Of a stretch of 49,049 nucleotides of DNA, positions 18,126 through 28,806 are shown in pieces. A program made the position numbers and the translations under genes. Every line of letters starts with the position of its first letter. The first letter of the stretch is position 1. Origin of the DNA: an uncultured Flavobacteriales bacterium (lineage in GTDB: Bacteria; Bacteroidota; Bacteroidia; Flavobacteriales_D; Parvicellaceae); assembly GCA_938084875.1 (NCBI GenBank), contig CALKFX010000041.1, positions 1-49,049 of the forward strand, read 5' to 3'. Under the pieces are notes generated by a model, which saw nothing but the letters and a program-made list of their open reading frames with translations, was not told the DNA's origin and made no database searches.

Positions 18126-20366
18126 CTATTTTTCAGGAACTGGATTAGCAGAGGCAGGGTTTGTTTCTTGCTTTTCTTCTAAATGTCTATCTGTTACAAT
18201 ATTCATCTCATCAATTAAATGTTTTGCGCCAGCATACTTGTCAATAATAAATAAAGAATATCTTATGTCGACAGAAATTGTTCTTTGAATGTTAGGCTCA
18301 AAATAAATATCACCACTCATTGCTTCCCAATTACCATCAAATGCAGTACCTATTAACTCTCCATGAGCATTGATGACTGGACTCCCAGAATTTCCGCCTG
18401 TAATATCGTTGTTAGACAGGAAGCCTACAGGTAATTTTCCATCTTCTTTTCTTGCGTAGGGGCCAAAATCCTTAGCGTTATACAAATCCTTAAGTCTTTG
18501 TGGGACATAAAATTCGTGGTTTTTATCCTCTGTTACTACTTCTTTTTGCATTACGCCCTCTAAAGTGGTATAAAAATCATAATGAACCGCATCTGCTGGA
18601 TCGTACGGAAGAACATTACCATAAGTGAATCGCATGGTTGAATTCGCATCGGAGGCCTTATTCATTCCCATTTTTTGTAAACCATCTACAAATAATCTCA
18701 TTCCTTTTTTATAGTCACTATCAAAATTTGAACTAGGATTAATCACCTTTGATCTATAGACATCTAAAAATTCGTTTTTTAGTTGGTATACCAGATCTTT
18801 TTCTATCATTTTTACTGAAAGTTTATCACTAGTAAGCCATGCCTTAAATAAATCGAAAGATTTAAATGGACTTTTGTTGAAATAATTTGAAGCAACTTTT
18901 TTAAAGTCTCCTTTGTATTTATCGTTTAAACTTATTAATAATTCTGGCTGAAATTCTTTAGGGACATCATTTGCATAAAGTGAAAGTACTGCTGCCAAAG
19001 TATTTTCATCTATTGTTGGGTTATAATCCTTGTAAAATGATTCGGCTGCCTTTAAGAAATCATCTTTTGCATCCTTAACACCCTCTCCAGAATTAAGGGC
19101 TTTAAATAATGGTGTTCTTGGACTAAGGTTTCTTAGCATGAATAATATTAGTTCAGAACCTACTACAGCTTCTTGAAAATAAACTTTTGGAATAGTATAT
19201 TTAGATGAATTTTTAAGTGCGTTTTCAATTAAAGGAAGAGACTCAGAATAGGTTTTATCTAACCCATTACTTTTATACCAAGCACTAAAAGAATTCTCAA
19301 TTTTTTGCTTTTTATCAAAAACTTTATTTTTCACTAGTTGTTCACTTTGACCAATAAAATATTTCCAATAATTACTAACTCTAGCATACTTGGATGCGTA
19401 TTGAATCCTAACCTTTTGACTCTTAGACATTTCTTGATCCATAATGTCTAATTTAATTCCTCTTATTTTAACTCTAGCCGGTTGCTCAACATCTACAGCT
19501 TGTTTTACCCCCCAAGAAGTTAAAAATCTATCCGTACTTCCTGGATAGCCCATAATCATTGCATAGTCTCCATCTTGTACACCAGCAATTGAAACAGGGA
19601 GAGAATGTTTTGGCATAAGGGGTTTATTATCTTGGCTATAAGAAGAAGGATTATTTTCCTTATCACCATATACTCTGAACATGGTAAAATCTCCAGTATG
19701 TCTTGGCCACATCCAATTGTCAGTATCTCCACCGAATTTTCCTATCGAACTAGGAGGTGCACCAACTAGTCTAACATCATTAAAAATATTATAAGTAAAC
19801 ATATAATATAGATTTCCATAATAAAAAGACTTGACCTGAACTGCAAAATCATCTTTATTTTTACCCTCAGAAGCAGTAGTCTTTAAAGCACTCATGTTTT
19901 TTCTTATGATAGAATTTCTTTCCCCTTCATCCATACCGTCTTCAACACCTTCTAAAACTTGATCAGTGACATCGCTAATATTATTCAAAAACCACACTCC
20001 AAAATCTGCAGGAATTTCTTGTTCTTTAGTCATTGCCCAAAAACCATCTGTTAAATAGTCGTTTTCTGTAGAACTATTAGCTTGAATTGTTCCAAAACCA
20101 CAATGGTGATTAGTCATCATTAGACCTTGATTGGATATAATTTCACCTGTGCAAAACCCGCCACCAAGAGCAACTATAGCATCTTTTAAACTAGAATTAT
20201 TGGCATTGTATATTTGCTCCGGAGTTAATTTAATCCCACATTCAACCATGTTTTTATAAGTTGCTTCTCCTAATAACATAGGAAGCCACATGCCTTCATC
20301 TGCTTTTACAAATAAAAAATTAATGGAAATAAAAAAAGTAAAAATTAGTTTGGTATAAAATTTCAT
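18126..20366 (-). CDS. S46 family serine dipeptidyl-peptidase (DPP7/DPP11-like)
   Basis: The mature N-terminus ADEGMWLP is typical of S46. Catalytic His block MMTNHHCG and catalytic Ser block GGNSGSPV. Confidence 0.9.
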   Translation of the reverse strand: MKFYTKLIFTFFISINFLFVKADEGMWLPMLLGEATYKNMVECGIKLTPEQIYNANNSSLKDAIVALGGGFCTGEIISNQGLMMTNHHCGFGTIQANSSTENDYLTDGFWAMTKEQEIPADFGVWFLNNISDVTDQVLEGVEDGMDEGERNSIIRKNMSALKTTASEGKNKDDFAVQVKSFYYGNLYYMFTYNIFNDVRLVGAPPSSIGKFGGDTDNWMWPRHTGDFTMFRVYGDKENNPSSYSQDNKPLMPKHSLPVSIAGVQDGDYAMIMGYPGSTDRFLTSWGVKQAVDVEQPARVKIRGIKLDIMDQEMSKSQKVRIQYASKYARVSNYWKYFIGQSEQLVKNKVFDKKQKIENSFSAWYKSNGLDKTYSESLPLIENALKNSSKYTIPKVYFQEAVVGSELILFMLRNLSPRTPLFKALNSGEGVKDAKDDFLKAAESFYKDYNPTIDENTLAAVLSLYANDVPKEFQPELLISLNDKYKGDFKKVASNYFNKSPFKSFDLFKAWLTSDKLSVKMIEKDLVYQLKNEFLDVYRSKVINPSSNFDSDYKKGMRLFVDGLQKMGMNKASDANSTMRFTYGNVLPYDPADAVHYDFYTTLEGVMQKEVVTEDKNHEFYVPQRLKDLYNAKDFGPYARKEDGKLPVGFLSNNDITGGNSGSPVINAHGELIGTAFDGNWEAMSGDIYFEPNIQRTISVDIRYSLFIIDKYAGAKHLIDEMNIVTDRHLEEKQETNPASANPVPEK

Positions 20367-20431
20367 ATTTAAAATTTAATTTTGATTAAAATATTTTTTT
20401 TAAAAATAATAAAAATAATATAGGAAAGTTA

Positions 20432-21073
20432 TTATTTTTTGATCATAATCATCATGCCATCTCGAACTGGCATTAATACATTTTTAACTCTACTGTCAGA
20501 ATGTACTTTTTCATTGAAAGTTTTTAATGCCTTAGTTTCTATATCATTTTTAGAAGTTGGTCTTGTTACTTTACCACTCCAGAGTACATTATCAGCAATT
20601 ATCATACCTCCTTTATTTACTCTTTGTATAACGGAGTCAAAATAATTAGAATAATTTTCTTTGTCTGCATCAATGAAAACAAGATCCCAGTTAAAATTTA
20701 AATCAGGAATTATCTCCAATGCATTTCCTATCATCAATTTAATTAGGTTTTTATAAGATGATTTGTTAAAATATTTCTGGGCAAATGGTGCTAATTCTTT
20801 GTTAATATCTATTGTATACAATACCCCGTCATTTTGTAATCCTTCAGCCATACAAAGTGCACTATAACCAGTATAAGTCCCAATTTCGAGAATGGTTTTT
20901 GGTTGAATTGATTGAGACAACATGCTTAATATTCTACCCTGCAAATGACCTGAAAGCATTCTAGGCTGAAGAATATTTAAATGGGTTTGTCTATTTAGTT
21001 CGTTTAATAAAGTGGATTCTAATTCACTGTGTTCTAGAGCATACTGCTCTATTTCTGGGGCCAAAAAATCCAT
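20432..21073 (-). CDS. Class I SAM-dependent O-methyltransferase (caffeoyl-CoA OMT-like)
   Basis: ILEIGTYTGYSALCMAEGL, FIDADKENY, and ADNVLWSG. Its start abuts the yqeY stop with 0 nt spacing. Confidence 0.85.
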   Translation of the reverse strand: MDFLAPEIEQYALEHSELESTLLNELNRQTHLNILQPRMLSGHLQGRILSMLSQSIQPKTILEIGTYTGYSALCMAEGLQNDGVLYTIDINKELAPFAQKYFNKSSYKNLIKLMIGNALEIIPDLNFNWDLVFIDADKENYSNYFDSVIQRVNKGGMIIADNVLWSGKVTRPTSKNDIETKALKTFNEKVHSDSRVKNVLMPVRDGMMIMIKK

Positions 21074-21526
21074 TTAACTCAATAGCTCTTTGGTGATTTT
21101 GGAAATCATGCTCCCATCGGCTTTGCCTTTTAATAAGCCCATTGCCTTACCCATTACTCTGCCAATATCTGACATGGAGGATGCTGCTAGGGAATCAATA
21201 ATATTTTTTAACTCTTTGGTTAATTCTTCTTCAGATAATTGTATAGGCAAATAAATTTCTAAAACGTTTGCCTGTTCAATCTCCTCTGTCGCCAAATCCT
21301 CTCTTTTCTGATTTATATAAATTTGGTATGCATCTATTCTTTGCTTATATAGCTTTGATATAATTTGCTGAGCCTGTTCATCTGAAATATTTCCAGAAAA
21401 ACCTTCTTTTGTTTTTTCTAATAAAAAAGCAGATTTCACAGCTCTTAGTGCAGCTAATTTAACCTTATCTTTAGCCAACATTGCCGCCTTTAAATCAACT
21501 GGGATTTGATTCTCTATTTTCCCCAT
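21074..21526 (-). CDS. GatB/YqeY domain protein
   Basis: DLKAAMLAKDKVKLAALRAVKSA...YKQRIDAYQIY...EEIEQANVLEIYLP. I take ATG 21526 (MGKIENQ) as the start. The ORF-track start at 21565 would lie inside ftsZ. Confidence 0.8.
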   Translation of the reverse strand: MGKIENQIPVDLKAAMLAKDKVKLAALRAVKSAFLLEKTKEGFSGNISDEQAQQIISKLYKQRIDAYQIYINQKREDLATEEIEQANVLEIYLPIQLSEEELTKELKNIIDSLAASSMSDIGRVMGKAMGLLKGKADGSMISKITKELLS

Positions 21527-21527
21527 A

Positions 21528-23168
21528 TTAATCGACGTTGTCGTGTAAGAAACTGTTGTTATCACTTAACCCGGTTTCTTTTTCTCCGCTATCGTTGATA
21601 TTTTCCCACAAGGTATACCTTGAGCTAGAGGAGTCATCAGAATATTTCACATCCTTTAAATCTACATTTCTTCTTTTATAAGCAGGCTCACTCTCCATTT
21701 CATTTAGACCCAAAGGAGATCTTAATTTATCTGTAGCCTTTCTTATTCTTTCTAAACGTTCGTCAGAAATAACCTTAGATTCTATTTGCTTTACTTTGTC
21801 TACTATCTTCTCTTCTTCATTTTCAGTCATTGAATCAGTGTCTAAAACCTGGGTGTTTTCTGATTGCTTTAAGTCTGTATCTAAGTTGGGTGTTTGATCA
21901 TCTTCTAATAAGAATCTTACCTTACCGTCATTATGTTGCGTGTTTTGTTCATAAAGATTAGAGTTATCAGAATCTTCAGGAATATTAGGTATTTCGTTTT
22001 CACGACTAATTTCATCATCTTCAAGAACAAATCTTTTCATAGTACTTTCTGAAGAGATTGGTTCTGTGGTCTCTTCTAAACTTTCCTCAACAGTATTTGA
22101 TATTGGGGCAGTTAACTGTTCAGATTCATTGCTAAATGTTTCTAGTGAATCGTCTTCTAAATTCATAATATTTTTCTTTGGTGCTTTCATTGAAAGACCA
22201 GTATGAGGAGTTGTATTGAAACCTGTTGCAATAATTGTAACACATAATTTATCGCCAAGAGATTCATCATATCCATGGCCCCAAATAACATCAGCTGTAC
22301 TTCCTGCCTCTTCTTGAATGTAGTCAGTTATATCAGAAATTTCATCCATCAGAACCGCTTGTGTCCCATAAGTAATATTGAGTAAAACATATTTAGCACC
22401 ATCTATATTATTGTCATTTAGAAGTGGAGAGTTCAATGCATTTTCAACACATTTTATTGCTCTGTTTTCTCCTTCTGCTTCTGCTGAACCCATAATAGCA
22501 ACTCCACTATCTTTCATAACGGTATTAACATCGTTAAAATCAACATTAATTTGTCCCGTTACAGAAATTACTTCTGCAATTCCTTTGGCAGCTATTGCCA
22601 AAACATCATCGGCATTTTCAAATGCATTTACCAGTGTTAAATTTCCAAACATTTCTCTTAGTTTGTCATTGTTAATCACCAATAAAGTATCTACAGATTC
22701 TCTCATTTTCTCAATACCCTCTTCGGCCTGTGTTCTTCGCTTTCTCCCTTCAAAAGTAAATGGAACAGTTATAATACCAACGGTTAATATTCCCATGTCT
22801 TTAGCTGCTTGAGCAATCACTGGGGCAGCACCAGTTCCAGTTCCTCCACCCATTCCAGCAGTTACAAAAATCATCTTTGTATTTTTTGCAAGAATTTCAT
22901 TGACATCCTCCAGATTTTCGATAGCTGCATTTTTACCAACGTCCGGGATGGAACCAGCTCCTCTTCCTTCTGTTAAGCTTTGTCCTAAAGGAATTTTAGT
23001 AGGTACAGGACTTGTGTCTAATGCTTGATGGTCTGTATTGCAAACTACAAAGTCTACACCTTTTATTCCTTGGCGATACATATGGTTTACAGCATTACTT
23101 CCGCCACCACCAACACCAATTACTTTAATAATGGAGGATTGTTCTTTAGGTAAATCAAATTTCATCAT
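21528..23168 (-). CDS. ftsZ: Cell division GTPase FtsZ, with a long acidic C-terminal linker
   Basis: IKVIGVGGGGSNAVN, the tubulin signature AGMGGGTGTGAAPV, and NVDFNDV. Confidence 0.95.
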   Translation of the reverse strand: MMKFDLPKEQSSIIKVIGVGGGGSNAVNHMYRQGIKGVDFVVCNTDHQALDTSPVPTKIPLGQSLTEGRGAGSIPDVGKNAAIENLEDVNEILAKNTKMIFVTAGMGGGTGTGAAPVIAQAAKDMGILTVGIITVPFTFEGRKRRTQAEEGIEKMRESVDTLLVINNDKLREMFGNLTLVNAFENADDVLAIAAKGIAEVISVTGQINVDFNDVNTVMKDSGVAIMGSAEAEGENRAIKCVENALNSPLLNDNNIDGAKYVLLNITYGTQAVLMDEISDITDYIQEEAGSTADVIWGHGYDESLGDKLCVTIIATGFNTTPHTGLSMKAPKKNIMNLEDDSLETFSNESEQLTAPISNTVEESLEETTEPISSESTMKRFVLEDDEISRENEIPNIPEDSDNSNLYEQNTQHNDGKVRFLLEDDQTPNLDTDLKQSENTQVLDTDSMTENEEEKIVDKVKQIESKVISDERLERIRKATDKLRSPLGLNEMESEPAYKRRNVDLKDVKYSDDSSSSRYTLWENINDSGEKETGLSDNNSFLHDNVD

Positions 23169-23185
23169 GATTTTATTTTTTATTG

Positions 23186-24448
23186 TTAATCTACTTTTTC
23201 GTCAAAAAATGTTTTAATCTTTTCAAAAAAGCTTCCCTTATTTTTTTGGGAGTGCATTCTTGTATTTATCTTTTCGTTTCTTGACTTTAATAATTCAAAT
23301 TTTTCAAATCCTTTGGCTACTAACCCAACACCTGTCGCAAATAAAGGGGAGGTAACGTTAATATTCGTGTTGGAACTTAAATGCTCGTTTGGATAACCAA
23401 CCCTAGAGTCCATACCTGTAGTGAATTCTATCAATTGGTTCATATGCTTAAGTTGAGATCCTCCTCCAGTTACAACAATACCACCAATTAGTTTTTTCTC
23501 AAATCCAGAATTTTTAATTTCATAATAAATATGTTCTAAAATTTCTGACATTCTAGCATTGATAATATTTGCTAAATTCATGACTGATATCTCTTTAGGT
23601 TCTCTACCTCTTAAACCTGGGATACAAACTACTTCATTTTCTTGATTGGTTTGAGTGACTGCAGCTCCAAACTTGGTTTTTAAAAGTTCTGCTTGCCTAT
23701 GCATAATTGTACAACCTTCTTTAATATCTTCAGTAATAACATTTCCCCCAAAAGGAATTACTGCAGTATGTCTAATAATCCCATCATGGAAGATGGCAAT
23801 ATCTGTAGTTCCTCCTCCTATATCCACCAATGCAACACCCGCTTCTTTTTCTTCATTACTAATCACTGCCGAAGAGGATGCAAGTGGTTCAAGAACTAAT
23901 TCTGCCACATCTAGACCAGCTTTGCTAACACACTTAAATATATTTTTAGCAGCAGCCATTTGGCCAGTTATTATATGGAAATTTGCCTCTAACTGAACAC
24001 CCGACATACCAATAGGATCTTTTATTCCAGGCTGTCTATCGACAATATATTCCTGAGGTAGAACATGAATAATTTCCTCACCTGGCATCATCACTAATTT
24101 ATACATGTCTTCAATTAATTCATCGACATCTTTTTGAGAAATTTCTTCTTCTATAGAATCTCTAGTAATCATTCCCCTGTGCTGAAGACTTTTAATATGT
24201 TGACCAGCAATACCAACATTTACCACTTTTATTTCAATTCCAGATTTAGATTCAGCTTCGTCGACAGCAGCTCTAATTGATTGAACAGTTTTTTCAATAT
24301 TAGAAACTACCCCTCTTGTGACTCCTAAGCTGGGCGCCTTACCAATACCCAAAATTTCAATTTTCCCATGATCAGTTTTTCTCCCAACCAAGCAAGCAAT
24401 TTTAGTGGTTCCAATATCTAGTCCTACAATAATTTCTGGTGCATCCAT
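23186..24448 (-). CDS. ftsA: Cell division protein FtsA
   Basis: Actin-fold phosphate loops VGLDIGTTKIACLVG and VDIGGGTTDIAIF. The C-terminal amphipathic GSFFEKIKTFF is present. Confidence 0.95.
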   Translation of the reverse strand: MDAPEIIVGLDIGTTKIACLVGRKTDHGKIEILGIGKAPSLGVTRGVVSNIEKTVQSIRAAVDEAESKSGIEIKVVNVGIAGQHIKSLQHRGMITRDSIEEEISQKDVDELIEDMYKLVMMPGEEIIHVLPQEYIVDRQPGIKDPIGMSGVQLEANFHIITGQMAAAKNIFKCVSKAGLDVAELVLEPLASSSAVISNEEKEAGVALVDIGGGTTDIAIFHDGIIRHTAVIPFGGNVITEDIKEGCTIMHRQAELLKTKFGAAVTQTNQENEVVCIPGLRGREPKEISVMNLANIINARMSEILEHIYYEIKNSGFEKKLIGGIVVTGGGSQLKHMNQLIEFTTGMDSRVGYPNEHLSSNTNINVTSPLFATGVGLVAKGFEKFELLKSRNEKINTRMHSQKNKGSFFEKIKTFFDEKVD

Positions 24449-24449
24449 T

Positions 24450-25232
24450 TTAGTTTCTTTTTGAGCAGATTATTTGATTTTCATATAATACATTAAGTGT
24501 ATCGTACTTATTTAAGTCTTTTGGCTGTGGGCCATTTTTATAAAAAAGTTTAATTTTTTTAAATTTCTTTTCCATATTCTCTATTGATCCAAACAAAATT
24601 CTTTGGTTACCTATTCTTGGAATAAATTCAAAGTAGCCATTATTGTTGATGTAGATTTGAACAATTTGAGATTTTAAGAACGAGTCATTGTTAATTAATT
24701 TACTCATTTTATATATTTTTTGGAAATCTGAGGACTCATGAAGGCTATCTAATACGTTGAGATCTAACCTTTCTGGAATATTTATTTTACCAGAAAAAAT
24801 AGGGACTCTGGAAACATAAGTGCTACAAAGTGGCATAAGAAATCCATTTTCATCCATATAAAAATTCTTTTCATAGACAGGGCTTACAAACCTAGCAATT
24901 GGCGTTCTTTTTTTAATATTGACTGCAAGATTTCCATTGTTATTAAAATAAACTTCCGCACTATTAATTGCAGAATGATTTAAAAGTTTTGTTTCAATAT
25001 GAGAAAAATCAATTTCGTGCTTTAAGGTTACATTTTCTACAATTCCCATTAATGACAACATAGAATTTATTTCTGATTTTGTAATAAATTCATGACGATT
25101 GTCCTCAATAAAATTAATTTGCACTTTCTTAAGTTTTATATCTTGGTAAAAACTGGAAACAAAACCAGATAACACAATCCATCCTGATAGAATAGAAATC
25201 CAAAAAAATATTTTACCTATTTTCTTAAGCAT
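24450..25232 (-). CDS. ftsQ: Cell division protein FtsQ (POTRA domain)
   Basis: Single TM (IFFWISILSGWIVLSGFV) followed by a POTRA-like region. It sits between murC and ftsA. Confidence 0.75.
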   Translation of the reverse strand: MLKKIGKIFFWISILSGWIVLSGFVSSFYQDIKLKKVQINFIEDNRHEFITKSEINSMLSLMGIVENVTLKHEIDFSHIETKLLNHSAINSAEVYFNNNGNLAVNIKKRTPIARFVSPVYEKNFYMDENGFLMPLCSTYVSRVPIFSGKINIPERLDLNVLDSLHESSDFQKIYKMSKLINNDSFLKSQIVQIYINNNGYFEFIPRIGNQRILFGSIENMEKKFKKIKLFYKNGPQPKDLNKYDTLNVLYENQIICSKRN

Positions 25233-26577
25233 TCAAAGCAATTTTTTTTATTTGTTTTGGCCATTGATCGATATCACCAGCACCTATAGTAAGTAAAACC
25301 ATATCTAAGTCTCGATTTAAAAAACTGAAAAGTTCACTTACTGAATTAATTATTCTCTTATTATTATTTTTAATTTTTTGAATTAAAACAGAAGAATCTA
25401 CACCCACAATTGGAGCTTCTCTAGCAGGATAAATAGGCAACAAAAAAATTTGATCAAATTCTGATAAACTTTCTGCAAAATAATCCATGAAATCTCTAGT
25501 TCTAGAAAACAAATGAGGTTGAAACACCCCAACAACAAATTTTTGGGGATAAAAAGACTTTACAGCACCTAAAAGAGAATCAATCTCTTTAGGGTGGTGT
25601 GCATAATCATCGATATAAATAAGTTTTGGAAGGCTTAGCTGAACATCAAATCTTCTTTTGACTCCTGCGTAGCTTTGGAGTCCTTTTTTTATACTCTCAA
25701 CAGTAATTCCATTAATTAAACATGCTAAAATAGAACCTGCAGCATTTAATAAATTATAACTTCCAGGCATTTTAAATACGAAGTTCTCGTAGATTTGATT
25801 TTTAAAGACAATATCAAACAAATACAATCCTTTTTTTATTTGAATATTTATAATCTGCAAATCATTGTCTTTTTTAAAACCATAGGATAAATTTTTCTCA
25901 AAGAAATGACTGATATTTTCTTCTACAATTAACTTTTTATTATCGCTTAATATATTAGTGAAATCCTTAAATGCTTCTACCAAAGAATCTTTATTTTCAT
26001 AAACATCCAAATGATCTGCATCCATTGAAGTTAATACAATTGTATTTGGAAAAAGGTTCATAAATGAACGGTCGTATTCATCCGCCTCAACTACTGAAAA
26101 ATTTCCTTCTCCTATTGAAAAATTAGCCTTGTAGTTTGAAGTAATTCCACCTATGAAACAGAGTCCATCTTTATTATCTGATGTTAAAATATGAGCAATA
26201 ATAGAACTAGTAGTGGTTTTGCCATGGGTTCCTGCAACTGCAATTGTATCTTGTGATTTTGTAATTTCACCAAGTATTTGTGATCTTTTTAATAAAGGAA
26301 CTTTGGATTTTTTAAAATATTCGAAATAAATATTTTTTGGATTTATTGCAGGGGTGAAAATTGCCAATTGGATATTTTGAACATCTTCTAAAAAATCTTT
26401 TTTTTCGTCATAAGAGATTTCTACACCAATATTTTCTAACTCTTTAGTTAACTCCGTTTTATTTCTATCATAGCCACTTACCTTAGCCCCCTGACTTACA
26501 AAATAATGAGCCAAAGCGCTCATGCCTATCCCACCAATTCCAATAAAATATATCGATTTAAAATTATCTAAATTCAT
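25225..26577 (-). CDS. murC: UDP-N-acetylmuramate--L-alanine ligase
   Basis: IYFIGIGGIGMSALA, the ATP loop AVAGTHGKTTTSS, and DDYAHHP. Confidence 0.9.
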   Translation of the reverse strand: MNLDNFKSIYFIGIGGIGMSALAHYFVSQGAKVSGYDRNKTELTKELENIGVEISYDEKKDFLEDVQNIQLAIFTPAINPKNIYFEYFKKSKVPLLKRSQILGEITKSQDTIAVAGTHGKTTTSSIIAHILTSDNKDGLCFIGGITSNYKANFSIGEGNFSVVEADEYDRSFMNLFPNTIVLTSMDADHLDVYENKDSLVEAFKDFTNILSDNKKLIVEENISHFFEKNLSYGFKKDNDLQIINIQIKKGLYLFDIVFKNQIYENFVFKMPGSYNLLNAAGSILACLINGITVESIKKGLQSYAGVKRRFDVQLSLPKLIYIDDYAHHPKEIDSLLGAVKSFYPQKFVVGVFQPHLFSRTRDFMDYFAESLSEFDQIFLLPIYPAREAPIVGVDSSVLIQKIKNNNKRIINSVSELFSFLNRDLDMVLLTIGAGDIDQWPKQIKKIALNA

Positions 26578-27686
26578 TAAGAAATAAGTTTAAATATTTC
26601 CTTGACAATATCATCACTAGCATTAGGCTTTCCCATTTTTTTTGCATTTTTTGAAATGGTATTTAATTGATTTTCTTGCTTTAGTAAATCCAAGGCAGTT
26701 CTTAAAAGAGAATCTGTTTGTCTATCCTTAACAAGAATAGCAGCAGATTTATTAACTAAAGACATTGCATTTTTAGTCTGATGGTCTTCTGAAACATTGG
26801 GGGATGGAACCAAAATACTTGGCTTACCTGCCAAAGTAAGTTCACTAATAGACAATGCCCCAGCTCTAGAGATAACTAAATCCGCAAGAGAATAAGCTAA
26901 ATCCATTCTTTTAATAAATGCTAAAGCTTTAACATTAGGAATGTTAATTTGATTTAATTGATTTTCAATAGACTCAAAATATCTTTTTCCAACTTGCCAA
27001 AGTAATTTAATTGGTTGGTCTTTGATTATATGAATAGAATTTAATATTCCTTCATTGATAGATTTTGCTCCTAAACTTCCTCCTAATACTAAAATCACTT
27101 TTTCATTCTTAGAAACTTTAAAATAAGTTTTAGCCTCGGACAACTTAGTATCTAAATTTTCAATGTCTTTTCTCACGGGATTGCCAGTTAAAACTAATTT
27201 AGTTGGTTCAAAAAATTGGTTCATATTTTCATATGCTACACAAATTTTTTTGGTTTTTTTACTCAGCCACTTATTGGTTAATCCAGCATAAGAATTTTGC
27301 TCTTGAATTAATGTTGGGATTTTTAATCTGTGTGCCATTCTTAGGGTTGGACCACTTGCATAGCCACCAACACCAACCACAATATTTGGTTGAAAATCCT
27401 TAATTATTTTTCTTGCATGATTGAAACTTTTTAAAAGTAGAAAGGGAAACTTCAGGTTTTTAATAATTGCATTTATAGACATAGATCTTTGGATGCCCAC
27501 TACATTTAAGCCAATAATTTCAAACCCCTCTTCAGGAACTTTTTCCATTTCCATTCTGCCTTTAGCACCAACAAATAATATTTCCGAGTCTTTATTTATT
27601 TCCAATATTTTCTTTGCAATTGCTATAGCTGGGTAAATATGCCCACCTGTTCCACCACCACTAATAATTACTTTACAGCTAGACAT
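26577..27686 (-). CDS. murG: Undecaprenyl-PP-MurNAc-pentapeptide GlcNAc transferase
   Basis: ISGGGTGGHIYPAIA, GGYASGP, and GGSLGA. Start taken at ATG 27686 (MSSCKVI), overlapping the ftsW stop by 8 nt. The ORF-track start at 27719 would lie inside ftsW. Confidence 0.9.
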   Translation of the reverse strand: MSSCKVIISGGGTGGHIYPAIAIAKKILEINKDSEILFVGAKGRMEMEKVPEEGFEIIGLNVVGIQRSMSINAIIKNLKFPFLLLKSFNHARKIIKDFQPNIVVGVGGYASGPTLRMAHRLKIPTLIQEQNSYAGLTNKWLSKKTKKICVAYENMNQFFEPTKLVLTGNPVRKDIENLDTKLSEAKTYFKVSKNEKVILVLGGSLGAKSINEGILNSIHIIKDQPIKLLWQVGKRYFESIENQLNQINIPNVKALAFIKRMDLAYSLADLVISRAGALSISELTLAGKPSILVPSPNVSEDHQTKNAMSLVNKSAAILVKDRQTDSLLRTALDLLKQENQLNTISKNAKKMGKPNASDDIVKEIFKLIS

Positions 27687-28806
27687 TTTCAGAATCTTTA
27701 TATACTGTTGTACTAACATTTAAAATTATTCCCAAAGAAATACAGGTAAATAATATAGACGTTCCACCCATACTAATTAAAGGCAATGGTTGACCGGTAA
27801 CAGGGAATAAATTTACACCAACTCCCATATTTATAAAGGATTGGAAGATGAGCATAAAACTTAATCCAAATACAATAAGAGAAGCAAATTTACTATCTAC
27901 TTTATTCATGATTCTAATCGCCCTGAAAAATAAAATCATATATAAAATAACCAATCCTATTCCACCTATTATTGAGCCAAATTCTTCAATAGAAGAAGCA
28001 TAAATAAAATCTGATTGAGCAGAATATAAATCATTTTTAACATGTCCTTTCCCAGGACCTTTTCCAAATAAAAATCCATTTGCAACTGCTCGTTTTGCCA
28101 TTTCTGCTTGGTAATTTTCTTGTTTCTCACCACTACCAAAGCTCATTATTCTTTTTTCCCATGTATCCACTCTAGGTAAAAAACCAGGAACTGCCATATT
28201 GACAAGAATTAAAAAAGCAAAACCTAGAAAAGCAGTTCCTACAATAGATCCTAAATGCTTTATTCTAGCTCCACCTATATACATCATTGTAAAACAAACT
28301 GTAAATAACATAGCTGCAGTAGAAAAATCTGCGGGAAGAATTAAGCCACAAATTAGAGCTACAGGCCATAAAATAGGTATTAAACCTTTTTTAAAATCCT
28401 TAATTACGTCCTTCTTATTGGTAAGCATACGCGAGACGTAGATGATTAAAACTAGTTTAGCAAAATCTGAAGGTTGAAATCCCATTATCCATCTAGAAGC
28501 ATTTCCTTTACTAACCCCAAATAAGAGTGTAACAAACAATAAAACAATAGAAACAAAAATTCCTATCTGAGATAATCGTGAAAAATACTTATATGGAAAA
28601 AACTGCAAATAAATAATCAAAATAATTCCGATTATTATAATTAAAGTATGCTTGATAACATAAGGAGCAACATTTCCACCTGAAATTCTGAATGCTAAAT
28701 TAGAACTTGAGCTATAAGCCATTACAATTGAGTATAATGAAAGCAATATTATAATTGTCCAAATTACTTTATCACCCTTTAAGTATTTCTCAATTAGCTG
28801 TTGCAT
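27679..28806 (-). CDS. ftsW: SEDS-family peptidoglycan glycosyltransferase FtsW
   Basis: Polytopic membrane protein with FQPSDFAKL, a DFI..S..EEFG-like block (SDFIYASSIEEFG), and GQPLPLISMGGTS. Confidence 0.9.
   Translation of the reverse strand: MQQLIEKYLKGDKVIWTIIILLSLYSIVMAYSSSSNLAFRISGGNVAPYVIKHTLIIIIGIILIIYLQFFPYKYFSRLSQIGIFVSIVLLFVTLLFGVSKGNASRWIMGFQPSDFAKLVLIIYVSRMLTNKKDVIKDFKKGLIPILWPVALICGLILPADFSTAAMLFTVCFTMMYIGGARIKHLGSIVGTAFLGFAFLILVNMAVPGFLPRVDTWEKRIMSFGSGEKQENYQAEMAKRAVANGFLFGKGPGKGHVKNDLYSAQSDFIYASSIEEFGSIIGGIGLVILYMILFFRAIRIMNKVDSKFASLIVFGLSFMLIFQSFINMGVGVNLFPVTGQPLPLISMGGTSILFTCISLGIILNVSTTVYKDSENV

Noticed and set aside
22378-22812. 144-aa plus-strand ORF, together with similar antisense ORFs at 9207..9494, 10035..10223, 23655..23996, 23693..23899, 28199..28441, 27203..27636, 32942..33130, 33423..33917, 34673..34864, 14325..14516, 13762..13953, 17170..17367, 20439..20645, 46166..46363 and 48498..48686
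   Set aside because: All are embedded antisense or out of frame within strongly supported conserved genes (ftsZ, ftsH, ftsA, ftsW, murG, murE, ftsI and others). Their low-complexity or Ser/Pro/Ile-rich translations are typical of shadow frames.
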